Shown here one piece after another: positions 23,530-35,539 of a stretch of DNA of 64,000 bases. The stretch covers positions 50,778,001-50,842,000 of the forward strand of contig NC_135897.1 in assembly GCF_964194155.1 (NCBI RefSeq). Reading direction: 5' to 3'. The translations under genes and the position numbers were made by a program. Position 1 is the first letter of the stretch. Every line of letters starts with the position of its first letter. Source of the stretch: Cetorhinus maximus (Eukaryota). Below the pieces are notes generated by a model. That model was not told the DNA's origin. It saw nothing but the letters and a program-made list of their open reading frames with translations, and did no database searches.

Positions 23530-24598
23530 GCTGTTCAGCCCATCAAACCTACTCCGTCATTCAGTTAGATCATGGCTGATCATCTACCACAATGCCACTT
23601 TCTCGCACTATCTCCATATCTCTTGATGTCATTGGTCTTCAGAAATCTATCGTTGTCTGTCTTGAACATGCTCAATGATTGAGCTTCCACAGCCCTCTGA
23701 GGTAGAGAATTCCAAAGATTCACCACCCTCTGAGTGAAGAAATCCCTCCTCACCTCAGTCTTAAATGGCCTACCCCTTATTCTGAGATTATGTCCCCTGG
23801 TTTTAGACTCACCAGCCAGGGGAGACATCTTATCTATATCCACCCTGTCACGCCCTGTAAGAATTTTGAAAGTTTCAATGATGCCACCCCTCATTCTTCG
23901 AAACTCTAGGGAATACAGACCCAGTCTCCTCATAAAACAATCCCGCCATCCCAGGGATTCATCTGGTGAATCTCTGTTGCACTCCTTCTAGGGCAAGTAT
24001 ATCCTTAGATAAGGGGACCAAAACTGTATGCAATACTCTAGGCGAGGTCTCACCAAAGCTCTATACAACTACACCAAGATATCTTTACTCCTGTACTCAA
24101 ATCCTCTTGTGATGAAGGCCAGCATATCATTTTCCTTCCTAATTGCTTGCTGCACCTGCATGCTAACTCATGAACAAGGACACCCAGGTCCCTTTGGACA
24201 CCTGCACTTTCCAACCTCTCACCATTTAAGAAATATTTTGCCTCTCTTACTATTTACTTTGTGAAGGTTTGCCTTTTTCTCCCAAAGTGAAGAACTTCAC
24301 ACTTATTCACATCTGCCATGTTCTAGCCCATTCACTTAGCTTGTCCAAGTCCTCTTGAAGCCTTTTTGCATCCACCTCATAATTTACGTTCCCACCCAGT
24401 TTCGTGTCATCAGCAAATTTGGAAATATTACTTTTGGTTCCCACATCCAAACCATTTATATAGATTGTGAACAGCTGTGGACCTGGCTCTGATCCTTGTG
24501 GTATCCCACCAGTAACAGCCTTCCATCCTGAGAATGATCTGTTTATTCCTACTCTTTGCTTTCTGTCTGTTAACCAATTCTCAATCCATATTAGTATG
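23530..24598 (-). mobile_element. CR1 LINE 3' part
   Basis: LGLYSLEFRRMRG...FFTQRVVNLWNSLPQ; KFADD motif (tcatcagcaaattt) near 24410. Confidence 0.92.
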
Positions 24599-24769
24599 GA
24601 TTACAAATGGTGATAGCAAATAGATGAGTGCTGCCATCAACAGCCAAACAACAGGATCTAAACAGGTAAGAAGATGCCTTACCTGAAAGAATGGTCAAGG
24701 CAAGACGCCCAATATTTTTCTATGCTAATTAGCCATCCTCCGTGTGTATGCCACAACCTGTTTCATTCT

Positions 24770-24868
24770 GATGATCTGGAAGATTAACATTAACTCAGTT
24801 TCTCTCTCTACAGTTGCTGCCTGGTCTACTGAATACTACAAGCATTTTCTTTTCTGTTTGAGATTTCT
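24770..24868 (+). mobile_element. Old PLE terminal-repeat fragment
   Basis: aacattaactcagtttctctctctacagttgctgcc...gcattttcttttctgtttgagattt. Confidence 0.6.
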
Positions 24869-25587
24869 TTCATATTGATGGTTTCTCATAGTCTGTTGGT
24901 CTCTTACTGCTGTGCCATCCAAAGCATTGCATGACTTTACATCCCTCTGAACACTTACCATGCATGACCATAATGCAGGAATGCCAGAAAGATGCACAAT
25001 AATCTGCAACTGAAACTGAAACTTCCCCACCTGGTTATACCTTTCATCCCAAGCCCCAACAAAACTGTTGCAGTGCCATGGTGGCAATTAAATCCAAATC
25101 ACACCCTGGTCTATTCCCCCACTCCTCTGGCACTTTTCCTCTTTCACCACCTCACCTTGTTCCACCCCTCTGACCTTTTCATTTAAAATCCACATTCTCT
25201 ACTGCCTACCCAATTACAGTAAAAATGTTCTCACCAAGATATCTTTTGTCACTTCCCTCCCTCAGCCTGTGCGTGGATGACTTCTCATCCTCAGTGATTT
25301 CAACATCCATTTCAACAACTCATGCTCTCTCTCCTCTGAGTTCACTGCCCTTCTATCCTCCACCAATCTCTCACTCCATATAAACTCCATCCCTTTGCCC
25401 TTGCCATCTCACCTGAGCCTCATTACCCCATCATGTCAATCACAGATAAGACCACCTCTGATCACTTCCTTATACCACTTTTCAGGTGTATTTCCCTTAC
25501 CCCTCCCACCCCTTCTTCCTGCTTTGTCTGCTCCTCTCTCTCAATTTACTTACAACTAATTATTGGCCCACTATTCACCATTACATT

Positions 25588-25739
25588 GAGGTGTCAGCTG
25601 TGGCTCAGTTCATAGCACCCTCGCCTTTTAATCAGAGGGTTGTGGGTTCATGTCCCACTCCCGGAAACCAAGAACTGTGATTGTACTCGAAAGAGTTGCA
25701 ATCTGTGACTGTTGATAACTCGAAAGAGTTTCAAAAATA
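25588..25739 (+). mobile_element. Short tRNA-derived SINE with double GAAA-hairpin tail, copy 1
   Basis: A box tggctcagttca, B box ggttcatgtcc; short A tract; perfect 16-bp TSD tattcaccattacatt (25572-25587, 25740-25755). Confidence 0.88.
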
Positions 25740-26110
25740 TATTCACCATTACATTCCTGCAGTGACTGATTTTCACAGCCGCACCTTTGATGCCCTGATC
25801 CTAAATGAAACCATTACTCTCTCTCACACTGGTCATTCCCCTCATCATCAGCCCTCATTTTTGCTCGCTAAAGTCTGAGGGACGCAGACTTGAATGGATA
25901 TGACAGACAACTGGTTTAGCTATTCGCTGCCATATCTGGCTGGATCGCATAAAACGTAATCAATTCATGCTTTGTCTACCAAAATCCTCAATCTTGATTG
26001 CTTCATCATTGGTGGTCATATCTTCAGCAGTCATGCCCTAAACTGTGGAATTCTCTCCCTAAACAGTCCATCTTTCCTTCTTTAAGATGCTGCTTAAAGA
26101 TGACCTCTTT

Positions 26111-26878
26111 GGAGTTTAACGTGGATAAGTGAGAGGTTATCCATTTTGGTCAGAAGAATAAAAAGGCGACTTATTATTTAAATGGAGACAAACTTCAGAA
26201 TGCTTCAGTGCAGAGGGATCTGGGTGTCCTCGTGCATGAATCGCTGAAAGCTAGTATGCAGGTACAGCAGGTAATAAGGAAGGCAAATGGAATTTTGGCA
26301 TTTATTGCCAAAGGAATAGAGTATAAAAATAGGGAAGTGTTGTCACCACTGTACAAGGCATTGGTGAGACCGCACCTGGAGTACTGTGCACAGTTTTGGT
26401 TCCCTTACTTGAGGAAGGATGTAGTTGCATTGGAGACGGTTCAGAGGAGGTTCACTAGATTGATTCCAGAGATGCGGGGCTTGTCTTACGAGGAGAGATT
26501 GAGCAGTTTAGGCCTATACTCGCTAGAGTTTAGAAGGATGAGAGGAGATCTAATTGAGGTATATAAGATGCTAAAGGGGATAGACAAAGTAGACATGGAG
26601 GGGATGTTTCCCCTTGTGGGGCATTCTAGAACAAGAGGCCATAGTTTTGGTTGTGAATCTGTGGAATTCACTACCTCAGAGTGCAGTGGATGCCGGGATG
26701 CTGAATAAGTTTAAGGAGGAGATAGACAGATTTTTAATTAGTAACGGGTTGAAAGGTTATGGGGAGAGGGTGGGAAATTGGAGTTGAGGCCGAAATGATA
26801 TCAGCCATGATCATATTGAATGGCGGGGCAGGCTCGAGGGGCTGAATTGCCTACTCCTGCTCCTAGTTCTTAAATTCT
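26111..26878 (+). mobile_element. Young CR1 LINE 3' end
   Basis: ORF 26208-26708: RDLGVLV...LYKALVRPHLEYCAQFW...RRMRGDLIEVYK; intact tail. Confidence 0.95.
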
Positions 26879-26984
26879 TTGCTTAAGCTTTTAATCATCT
26901 GCCCTAATAAATCCTTATGTCACAGTGTCAAATTTGATAATGCTTCTGTGAAGTGCTTTGAGATGTTTGCTATGTTATAGGTGC

Positions 26985-27655
26985 TGTCCCATCAGGGAGG
27001 CTTTGTTCCCTTCTACTACAACCAATGGGAAGTAATAGGATGCACCATTGTATTCCACTCTAACACTAACTTCACCTGACACTGGAATACTGTTATTGGA
27101 ATAACTAGTCAGTTTCATACCAGTTTTGCGTAAGTGAGTGTAACTTAGGGACTTCTGTATTCTCCTTCTGAGAACAGACACTGTGCCAATGATGAAAGTA
27201 AGTTGTGAATGTCTGACTTTCATTTTTACTGTGGGCCCTGTAAATTATATATTCAGCCCAATTACTCTCATTTTCCATGTGCTGTTTTTCTTGCTCTCTG
27301 ACCAAGTACAACTCTTGATCTTCCTGTTCAATAGCATCAACTCCTGTTCCTACATCTAGCATATGTGCATTCGAGGATTTCCAGATCTCCTCAACTAACT
27401 TTAGATCTACACGAACTCGACCTGTTGCATGGCTGTGACCTGGAGCTTTACCATGATCTGGAACATTACTGTTTCCTCCTGCATGCCATCTGGATATGAC
27501 CAACTTTCCCACAGGCATAGCACTTTGACTAGAAATGGGGGCATTTATGTGGTTGGTGGCTACCATGGCAACATTTAAATTTCAAATTTAAATTTCTGAC
27601 TCTGAGACTATGAACTGGGTTGCTGTGGCCTGGATCTCACGGAAACCTGGTGGAC
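26985..27655 (-). mobile_element. Gypsy gag/protease fragment, inverted
   Basis: CCHC knuckle CYACGKVGHIQMAC (~27480-27520); post-protease LTSYS...V.V.Y...PLVVVEG...LMG. Confidence 0.8.
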
Positions 27656-29400
27656 CTTAGCGACCATCTATGGTATTACTAAGTTCCACAAGTACTTGCA
27701 TGGTACGAACTTCACTTTGTTAACTGATCACCAAGCATTTATGATCATATTTGGTTCAAAGAAGGGAGTATCTTCCCTAGCAGCAGCATGGCTTCAGAGA
27801 TGGGCATTGATGGCCCTTCAGTACGATATTAAATATTGTATGTCAGCAGATCATGCAAATGCGAAATCTTTCAAGATTTCTCTTGAATACTGATGCATTT
27901 CTAGCCACTGAGTTATCTATCAACCACCTGCATAGACAAATGACATGCCACTGTCTGCCAGAGAAATTAGTGAAGAAACTCACAAGGAAGTAGTGCTGAG
28001 TAAAGTGCTCAATTAATTCATGAATGGCCGGCCTAAGAAGTATGATGATGAGAAAATGCAGGAGTATTTCACACATAGAAATGAACTGGGTGTAGATCAA
28101 GATCTCCTATGGGGTATAAGAGTCATCATTATGCTAAGGTTTGGAGAGCGATTGTAGAGAACTTCATCTAGAGCACTCAGTGATAGTCCAAATGAAAGCA
28201 GTAGCAAGAAGCTATGTAGAAGAGTTGGTGAAAAGTTATGAAGTGTGTCTCAGGATGAGGAATGATCCAATGAAGGTTCCTTGCATTCCAGGGTCAAAAC
28301 CAAGAAAACTGTGGGAACAAGTACATGTCAATTTCTTTGAAGTGGAAGGGGAAGCATACTTTGTTTCGGTCGATAGCTGTAGCAAGTGGATAAATGTTGA
28401 GTCTATGCCCAACACCACAAGTGCCAAAACAATTGAGGTTTTGAGAAGTTGGTTTGCAGTATATGGGTTGCCAGAGGTGTTGGTGTCAAATAATGGTCCA
28501 CAATTTACATCAGAAGAGTATGAAAAATTTCTGAGTAAGATTGGGGTCAAACACACTCTAATACGACCATATCACCCATCATCGAATGGTGTTACAGAAA
28601 GAGGTGTACAAATTGTGAAGAGGTCTTTGTGGAAGTATTTGCTAGGTGACAAGCTAGGCAGTAATTTCCATGTTTTGTAGTCCAAAGTGAAAGTCAGGAA
28701 GAAACTGAAAGTTTTCTGGGACCACAGAATCCACCGGTAGAGAAAGTGAGTCAGGGTCTTTAATTAAAACAAATCAGTCAATGTCACAGTCCCAACCTTT
28801 AGTAGAGTTTGTAGTCCAGGTCAAAGTTCAGATTTGACAGTCAGAGATGCTGAGGGAGCAAAGTCAAGCTAATGGAAGTGGAAGGAGATACCCAGACAGA
28901 AAGAAAATGTAGCCACAATTGAAAGTATACAGAAAGAAAGAAGAAAAAAGCTGTTATTTTCATTGTTTCTGATGATATTTTTGTTAAAGTCATACTAGTG
29001 TTAAGGAAAGACAATTTTTACATGTAAATTACTCTGGAAGTATCACTCATATATATTTTGGTTGTGATTATAGTAGAAGAAAATAAGTAGTGCAAGCTGT
29101 TAAATTTTCAGGTATTATTGCTGTTTGTCTAGTTATTTTTGTATTCTGAGAAATTATGTACATGTACCATTTTACATTTTAATATATGTTGTTTTTTTGA
29201 GTGGGGAGGAAGTGTAGTATATTACAAGATCTGAGCATTTTGTCACATTGCCTTCTTTGCTGCCCTTTCTGTTGGAGAGGTGTAAATAATTTTGCTCAAT
29301 AATGGCTGCCAGCAGTTAAGCATGTGTTAGTTTTGCTCAGTGCAAACAACAGGACTGACCTGCGTACTATTGCCAATGATTGTTGATGAGGTGCATATTG
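27656..29400 (+). mobile_element. Gypsy RNase H/integrase relic with PPT and 3' LTR start
   Basis: FTLLTDHQ...LQRWAL; integrase GLPEVLVSNNGPQFTS...PYHPSSNGVTER; PPT ggggaggaag then tgtagta at 29213; right end approximate. Confidence 0.88.
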
Positions 29401-29769
29401 TTGGAGGAAACCCCCTTCTGTTCATGTAGGCCATTGCAATGAGCCTAAAGACCCCAACAACCACAAAAGGGATATTACTGACCCACTATAATTATGCTGT
29501 TGTGATTACAGGAATTTTTTAACTACATTTTTATTTCAAATTTCCAGCATCCACAGTATTTTGCATATATTGCATTGTAAAGCTGTGAGTCATCCTGAAC
29601 TGAAACATCGCAATATATAAGAATGCGGGGTTAATTTTCATCCCACTTTACCACTCCATCACCTATCATCCCAGTCTATGTTGAGTGGTGCATGTCTTAC
29701 TTGGGCCCAATTTAAATTCCATTGAATCTGGTCCGTTTTCCAAGTTAAAGATCCCAATCCCTCAGGATA

Positions 29770-30302
29770 TTCTGTGACCAGAAACTCAACTGGTCCACAT
29801 TAATGCCATGGCCACTAGAGCATGTCAGCGACTGAGTAATCTGCAGCAAGTGGCTTATTTTTGGATTCCCCAAAGCCTCTCATTTTCCACTTGTCTGGAT
29901 GGGTGCAGATGCGATAACACTCAATGCAGTCAGCTTGATTGGCACCCCATCTGTCAGCTTAAACGTCTGCTCAGTCCGTCACTGGCATATTGTGGCTGCA
30001 GTGTGTACTATCTACAAGGTACTCAGCAGGAAATCACCAAAGCTTCTGCACCATCACCTCCTAAACCTGTAACCTCCACTACCTAGAAGGACAAGTAAAG
30101 TGGGTGCATGGGAACAACATCAGCTTCAGTTACACACCATCCTTCACCATGATTACATCAAAATCCTAAGACTCACTAATTACTAGTGTTGTGGAAGCAC
30201 CGTAACTACATGGACTGCAATGGTTTAAGAAGAAATCTCATCAATGAAGGGCAATTTGCCTTGACAGCGATGCCCAGATTCAGACAGTAAATGGTGAAAA
30301 AA
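29770..30302 (+). mobile_element. Decayed CR1/L2-group LINE 3' end
   Basis: Homologous to 996-1319. Confidence 0.8.
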
Positions 30303-31280
30303 ATGTTAGTCACAAAAGCGATGGCTGCCACTTCAAAAAAAAACTTTGAAATATAGCAATCACATTTATTGGCAAAATTAAATCACTAAGTACACAGAAA
30401 CAATGGCTTTGGGACATATTTGAACTTACAATGTACTGACTATGTAAGAAATTACTAATCCCCCAGACATGCTAATATGTACAGTGTACTTGTTAATATT
30501 TTATTAAATGTAGCTGTTTTATTGATGTGGTTGTGGCTGATGTTCTAAAGATAGTATTCTGGCTTTAAAACACATTTTGTTTAATTGAGAAACCAAGCTG
30601 AAGAGCCAAAGCCTAATATGCAGGATAGCAGCAAGGTTAAAAAGAGTAAGAGAGGACACAGTAATTAGGAAAGTAGCAGCTATATTTGATTGCAAAAGTA
30701 GATTGTGTGAAACCTCTCCAGTGTATGCCATAATCTGACTTCAGAGCTTGAAAATATTAGTTGTTTTTGCACATATTCAATTTAGTCTGATGGTAAAGAA
30801 ATCACTTTTTTTAAATGAAACAACATGCATAATTTTGAATTATACTGACTTTCCTACTTGTCTCAAATTGGTTTATGTTGACATCTGTCTTATGTTGACA
30901 AAAAGAGAATTCCCAGTCCTTTCTCTGCACAATATCAAATATTTACCATGTATGAATATATCAACAACATAAACTCTGGCACATTTTAATTCAATCATTT
31001 TTTTTAAGATCCAATAGTATTAAAGGCTTCATTTATTACTATTTATGTTATGGGCCTTATCTATGTGTGACACGGGATTGCAATGCCCATAAGAGAGCCT
31101 TGTTTTTTAATTGCACCTGAGACAAACTTGGTGTCAAGCAACAATTGTGTATGGGGGAGGAGTGGGGAGGCAAACAACATGAGTGTTTCCATTTTTGTCA
31201 CCACCAACATGATGGGAATCTTAAGCTACAGCCTGTAAATCAAAAAATATACAATATGCTTATACAAAAAATATAAGCTG

Positions 31281-32386
31281 AGGATTGCTGAAAAAAGAGA
31301 CATGTTGAATTGATGGCGACTGACAGTTAACTGCCAAGCATTGTTTGAAATTTAAACCAGGCAGCTTAACCCTGATTGGTCAAGGCATTGCCCTGAGGAA
31401 TGAGGCAGCGAATGGCTGTCACTTATTTTGTTTAGCTGAAACAGGCACAATGTGTCTACATATTCTTTCTGTCTGCAAAGAACAGGGCCTTGTGTATTAA
31501 TTTATGTAGCTTCCAGTACATGCAAATGCACCACACTGCGAGCCTGGCTGACAATCTTAAATCGGTTGTCACTGTCATTCTTTGCACAATGAGGGTTATT
31601 TAGCAAATGTTGTCCAACCGCAGAACCAAATCTCATGTTGGACACTGTGTTTTGAGTTTTGCAAGCACGGGCTGGTTGGGGTCTGTACCTTGCCCGTTGC
31701 GAACAGCAGCTGGGACATGCCGTTTGATATGATCTGCCAGTCTTTGGGATGTACGGCCTGCATACCTAGCATCACACCGGCACTGAAATTCATATACCAC
31801 AATTACTCATTTGTGTAATCGGCAGAATATCTTTTTGGCTTGATGGCAGCGCCCTGCTCGTGGCGAATTCAACTTATGTTGCTACTGTATAGTAGCAGTG
31901 TCAAACAGCTAGCTTCACCTGTTGCTCAAATCTTTGAGATACCTTGCCCTTCCAGGGTAACCTGGGATAGACTGGGCACTCTTCAGGGCCAAAAGTCATG
32001 GCCTTTAGGCTCATTCATGCAGACAGAAAAAACATGCAGACACATTGTGCCTGTTTCAGCTAAACAAAATAAGTGACATGTATTCGCTGCCTCATTCCTC
32101 AGGACACTTCCTTGAACATTCAGGGTCAAGCTGCCTGGTTTAAATTTCAAGCAATGTTTGGCAGTTAACTGTCAGTCACCATGAATTGGTGTATTCTCCA
32201 TGGCAATGCCTCTACCAATCAGAGTCCACTTGCCAACCAATCAGCACTCCCTTCTCATACAGCATAAATTGTTGTTTTGCCCTTATATTGGTATTCTTGT
32301 GAAGTGTCCGGATGAGTGTAAGACGAAAAGCTTCAATATGTCTCTTTTTTCAGCATTACTCAAGTTTTGTCCTACCAAATAACTAT
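31281..32386. mobile_element. Second Penelope-like family with inverted terminal repeats
   Basis: Minus-strand GIY-YIG VVYEFQCRCDARYAGRTSQRLADHIKRHVP (~31715-31800); inverted arms ~31316-31490 / 32007-32181; TSD aaatataagctg / aaatatatgctg. Confidence 0.88.
32304..32340 (+). ncRNA. Mutated minimal hammerhead of the second PLE family
   Basis: gtgtc-cggatga-gt-gtaag-ac-gaaa-agct-tc; core CUGAUGA changed to CGGAUGA; palindromic aagctt at helix III. Confidence 0.55.
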
Positions 32387-32849
32387 AAATATATGCTGCT
32401 TATGTCAACAAAATTAGAATGGTCCCAATATGCTGAAAATTATTTTAGAATTATTTTATTTTATTTTAGGGCTATTTTAGAATATCTATTCTAAACTTTA
32501 GGTATATTTTCTGTATACTGTGAAGACAGAAGTGTTCTGTGTTCAGGAAGTTTCCCATAGTCCCCAAAGTCTTATTACGTGGTAGCACACCCTGGGGGCT
32601 TAACACTATGATCCCCTTATGTTCTGAACAGCATACTATATCCTTCACAGGTGGCCCCTCTATCTTTCCAAATTTGGTCTGAAATATTCAGGAAGGTAAA
32701 GCTAGGTGAGAATGATTTACAGGCAGAAAATGAATGAACAGATACGGATGCAACAAAATGTTACCTTCATTCCGCTAACTACAGTATGCTGTTTGAAAAC
32801 AAGGAAAAAAGTGCTTTAAAACAAATTTTTACCCCATCTGTAATGCTTA

Positions 32850-34070
32850 AATGAGCTGCTCTGCGCTTGAGTTCAGTACGTTTCCCATTGCTAGGTCAGA
32901 CTTCATTTCCATAACTTTCTGGCTGACTAACTGCTCATGTGTCTCTTTGCACCCTTTCACTGGGTACCCAGCGAGTGAACGAATTGCCTCTCTGACTCCT
33001 CCCCCAATCAATGATTCAGCAGTTTGGATGATGTGCCTACCACAGCTGAATAGCTGGAGGTATGTGCAAAAGGTGGGTGTGAGGTTGTCATCATTGGTAT
33101 AAGTGTGAGGGTGAGGTGGAACATCTGGCTGTTGGACTGGATTCCTGACTGCCAGGGAATGCTTCTAGGCGAGTGATGAAGCTGTGTAGTGCACTGAGCA
33201 GCATGAGAGGTTGGTGAACCAGTGAGTCTGAACATACAAATATACGAATTAGGAGCAGGAGTAGGCCACCCGGCCCCTCGAGCCTGCTTCACGATTCAAT
33301 AAGATCATGGCTGATCCGATTGTAACCCTCAACTCCACATTCCCACCTACTCCTGATAACCTTCCACCTCCTTGTTAATCAAGAATCCATCTAGCTCTGC
33401 CTTCAAAATATTCAAAGACTCTGCTTCCATCGCCTTTTGAGGAAGAGAGTTCCAAAGACTCACTACCTCACTACCCTCTGAGAAAAAAAATTCTTCTCAC
33501 CTTTGTCTTAACCCCATATGAAGATGGATACACTGATGACCAACTGTATGAGGTCATTACACTTCCTGTGACATTGCTGCCAGGCCCTTGGTGCCAGGCT
33601 CCAGGAATTGGCTTTGCTGGCCCCTGCTCCGAATCCTTTCTGAGGGTAATCTTTGAGGGTTTCCTGATCTTCCACTCCCACCCCAGTGGAAACATGGTAT
33701 CTCTCCTCCTGTCTACCTACATCAATAAGGCCTCCAGCACCACATCCAAGAATCTGCAATCCCCTCTCTTCCCTGGTGCTTCTTTTGTGTAGCCGCTACA
33801 TTCAACCAGTGTCAGCACTGGCAACGAGCAGCAGCTTCCTATCACTGAGTGCAGCTCCCTTGAAGAGGGGCAGCCTGCCTTGAAGGGAGTGGAGTGGTTG
33901 TGCCACATGAAATGAGCAAATGTTGCTTGACCCCCTGCTGAACGATCAGACAGCGTGGACCCTTGCTCTGACCAATGCTACAATTAGATAAATAAGGAGG
34001 CAGCACCAAAAGATGTGTGCTGCCAACCTCCATGGCAGAGGGCAGGTCACTAATCACAATACCCTATGCT
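32850..34070 (-). mobile_element. Harbinger relic with Myb/SANT-like ORF
   Basis: 33520-33780 minus: RFLDVVLEALL..VDRRRDTMFP...NSWSLAPRAWQQCHRKCNDL; boundaries approximate. Confidence 0.7.
33228..33510 (-). mobile_element. CR1 3' tail
   Basis: gaacatacaaatatacgaattaggagcaggagtaggcc...ccctctgagaaaaaaaattc. Confidence 0.9.
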
Positions 34071-35539
34071 CAAAAAATGGCACAGACCAAATTTTATCCC
34101 TACATTTAATTTGTAACTATGAAGGCCGGATAGATCTAAAAACACACTGGTCTCAGTTATATATTACCTCTGGCATAGGTTTCTTTTTAAAAATGATAAA
34201 AAATCTTGCTTGGAATTTTTCTCCAAAGCATCTGATTAAACAGCATTGTTAATGTATATGCAAAAATTTTTCTTGTGAAATGCAGGGCTCACCTGCAGAA
34301 TCTGTCATTCCTTGTCTTCTGACTAAGGATTCTGCTTTGTGAGAAATTCCACTGGGAACAACAATTGACAACAAAGGTAGATTATAGTGGGCATTATCTA
34401 ATAGAAGATCATTTTTGCAAGCAAATCCCAGTGCAAATTTTGATCAACCAGTGAGCTGTCAACAATTCCGAAAGTGAAAGATGACACTGCTCCACAGCAG
34501 CATTTGCTATCTTTGTTTTTGCTTTGAACACACCCATCTGAGCTTCAAATATTTAAACCGAGCAAATTTCCATCATTCCAGTTAATTTCAAATGAATAGG
34601 CTCTCACTATCTACCTCTGGTTATGATTTTGAACTAAATATCCTCATTACTTCTCCCTTGTGATTTGAAATGCTTAATTATCACTGTTTTCAGAATATTA
34701 CTTGGCAATAATCTGAACCTTGGTGAATGCCGTTTTAGGATTTTTATACTTTTTCTCTGCACAATTTAACATGTGCATAGTGAGCCTGTGTTCAGTGCCA
34801 CCTTGAATGCATTCCATATTATTGTTTCCTGACTTCTTTCCTAGAAGGGATTAAAAAAGCTATTGTGGCAATTTGTGCACAAAGCAGCTGAAACCAATAG
34901 CTACTTTTCAACAAAGCCAGTTTGAATTTATATTGCATTTAATTGAGAGCAATGAAGTCCAGGTAGCCAGGAGAGAGTGGAAGACACAGGATCAGTGCAG
35001 AGGGAGCCGGGCTGAGGAATGGTTGCGGGAAGGCAAGGCAAACACAAGATCAGAAGCAGCAGTAGGAGCTTGAGGAGCTGATTGAGCTCAGCCCAGCGAA
35101 ATGTAATGGAGGAGCTCTGAAGTTTGAGTGGAGTAATTGCCTGGGTAAGCAAGCAGAAAGCAGCCAACCAAGGAATATTTTCCAACATGGTTTTGGTGCT
35201 TCACGCACAAAATTAAAATGTTGACGCAGAAGAAATGTGGCCATGTAAATTACCTTCAGATTCTGTAAATTCTGCTCCAGTGATTGATCTTGTTAAAAAA
35301 AGAATTTTGAAAACAGGATTAAGGAGCATATTCAAGTTACCAGGGAAAGTGACTCAATGATACTTTGATGAAATTTCCTCCACTGAACTATTGGAAAGAA
35401 CAAAGCCTTTGTCTTTGGTCCTCACCACAAACTCCATTCCCTAGCAATCAACTCCACCCACCCCCCCCCCTCCCTGACTACTTCCTAAGCATCAACCAGA
35501 CTTTTCGCAATCTTGGTGTCCTATTTGACCAGTGTCTGG

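Larger units (their letters stand above)
24960..26980 (+). mobile_element. Deleted L2 LINE hosting a SINE and a CR1
   Basis: Endonuclease remnants (LILSDFNIH, TSDHFLI); 3' end at 25990-26110 resumes at 26879-26980. Confidence 0.75.

Noticed and set aside
25590-25662. tRNA gene (also 36759 and 41376)
   Set aside because: A/B boxes are present but there is no proper cloverleaf or acceptor stem; these are SINE heads.
25660-25735. SINE tail (ctgtga...gaaa, twice) as hammerhead ribozymes
   Set aside because: No CUGANGA and no helix II between ctgtga and gaaa; GAAA is the loop of a simple hairpin.
28141-28680. 179-aa integrase ORF as a domesticated gene
   Set aside because: Both catalytic aspartate positions appear as N (HVNF, VSNNG), there are internal deletions and upstream frameshifts, and the PPT/LTR context is retained; a decayed TE.
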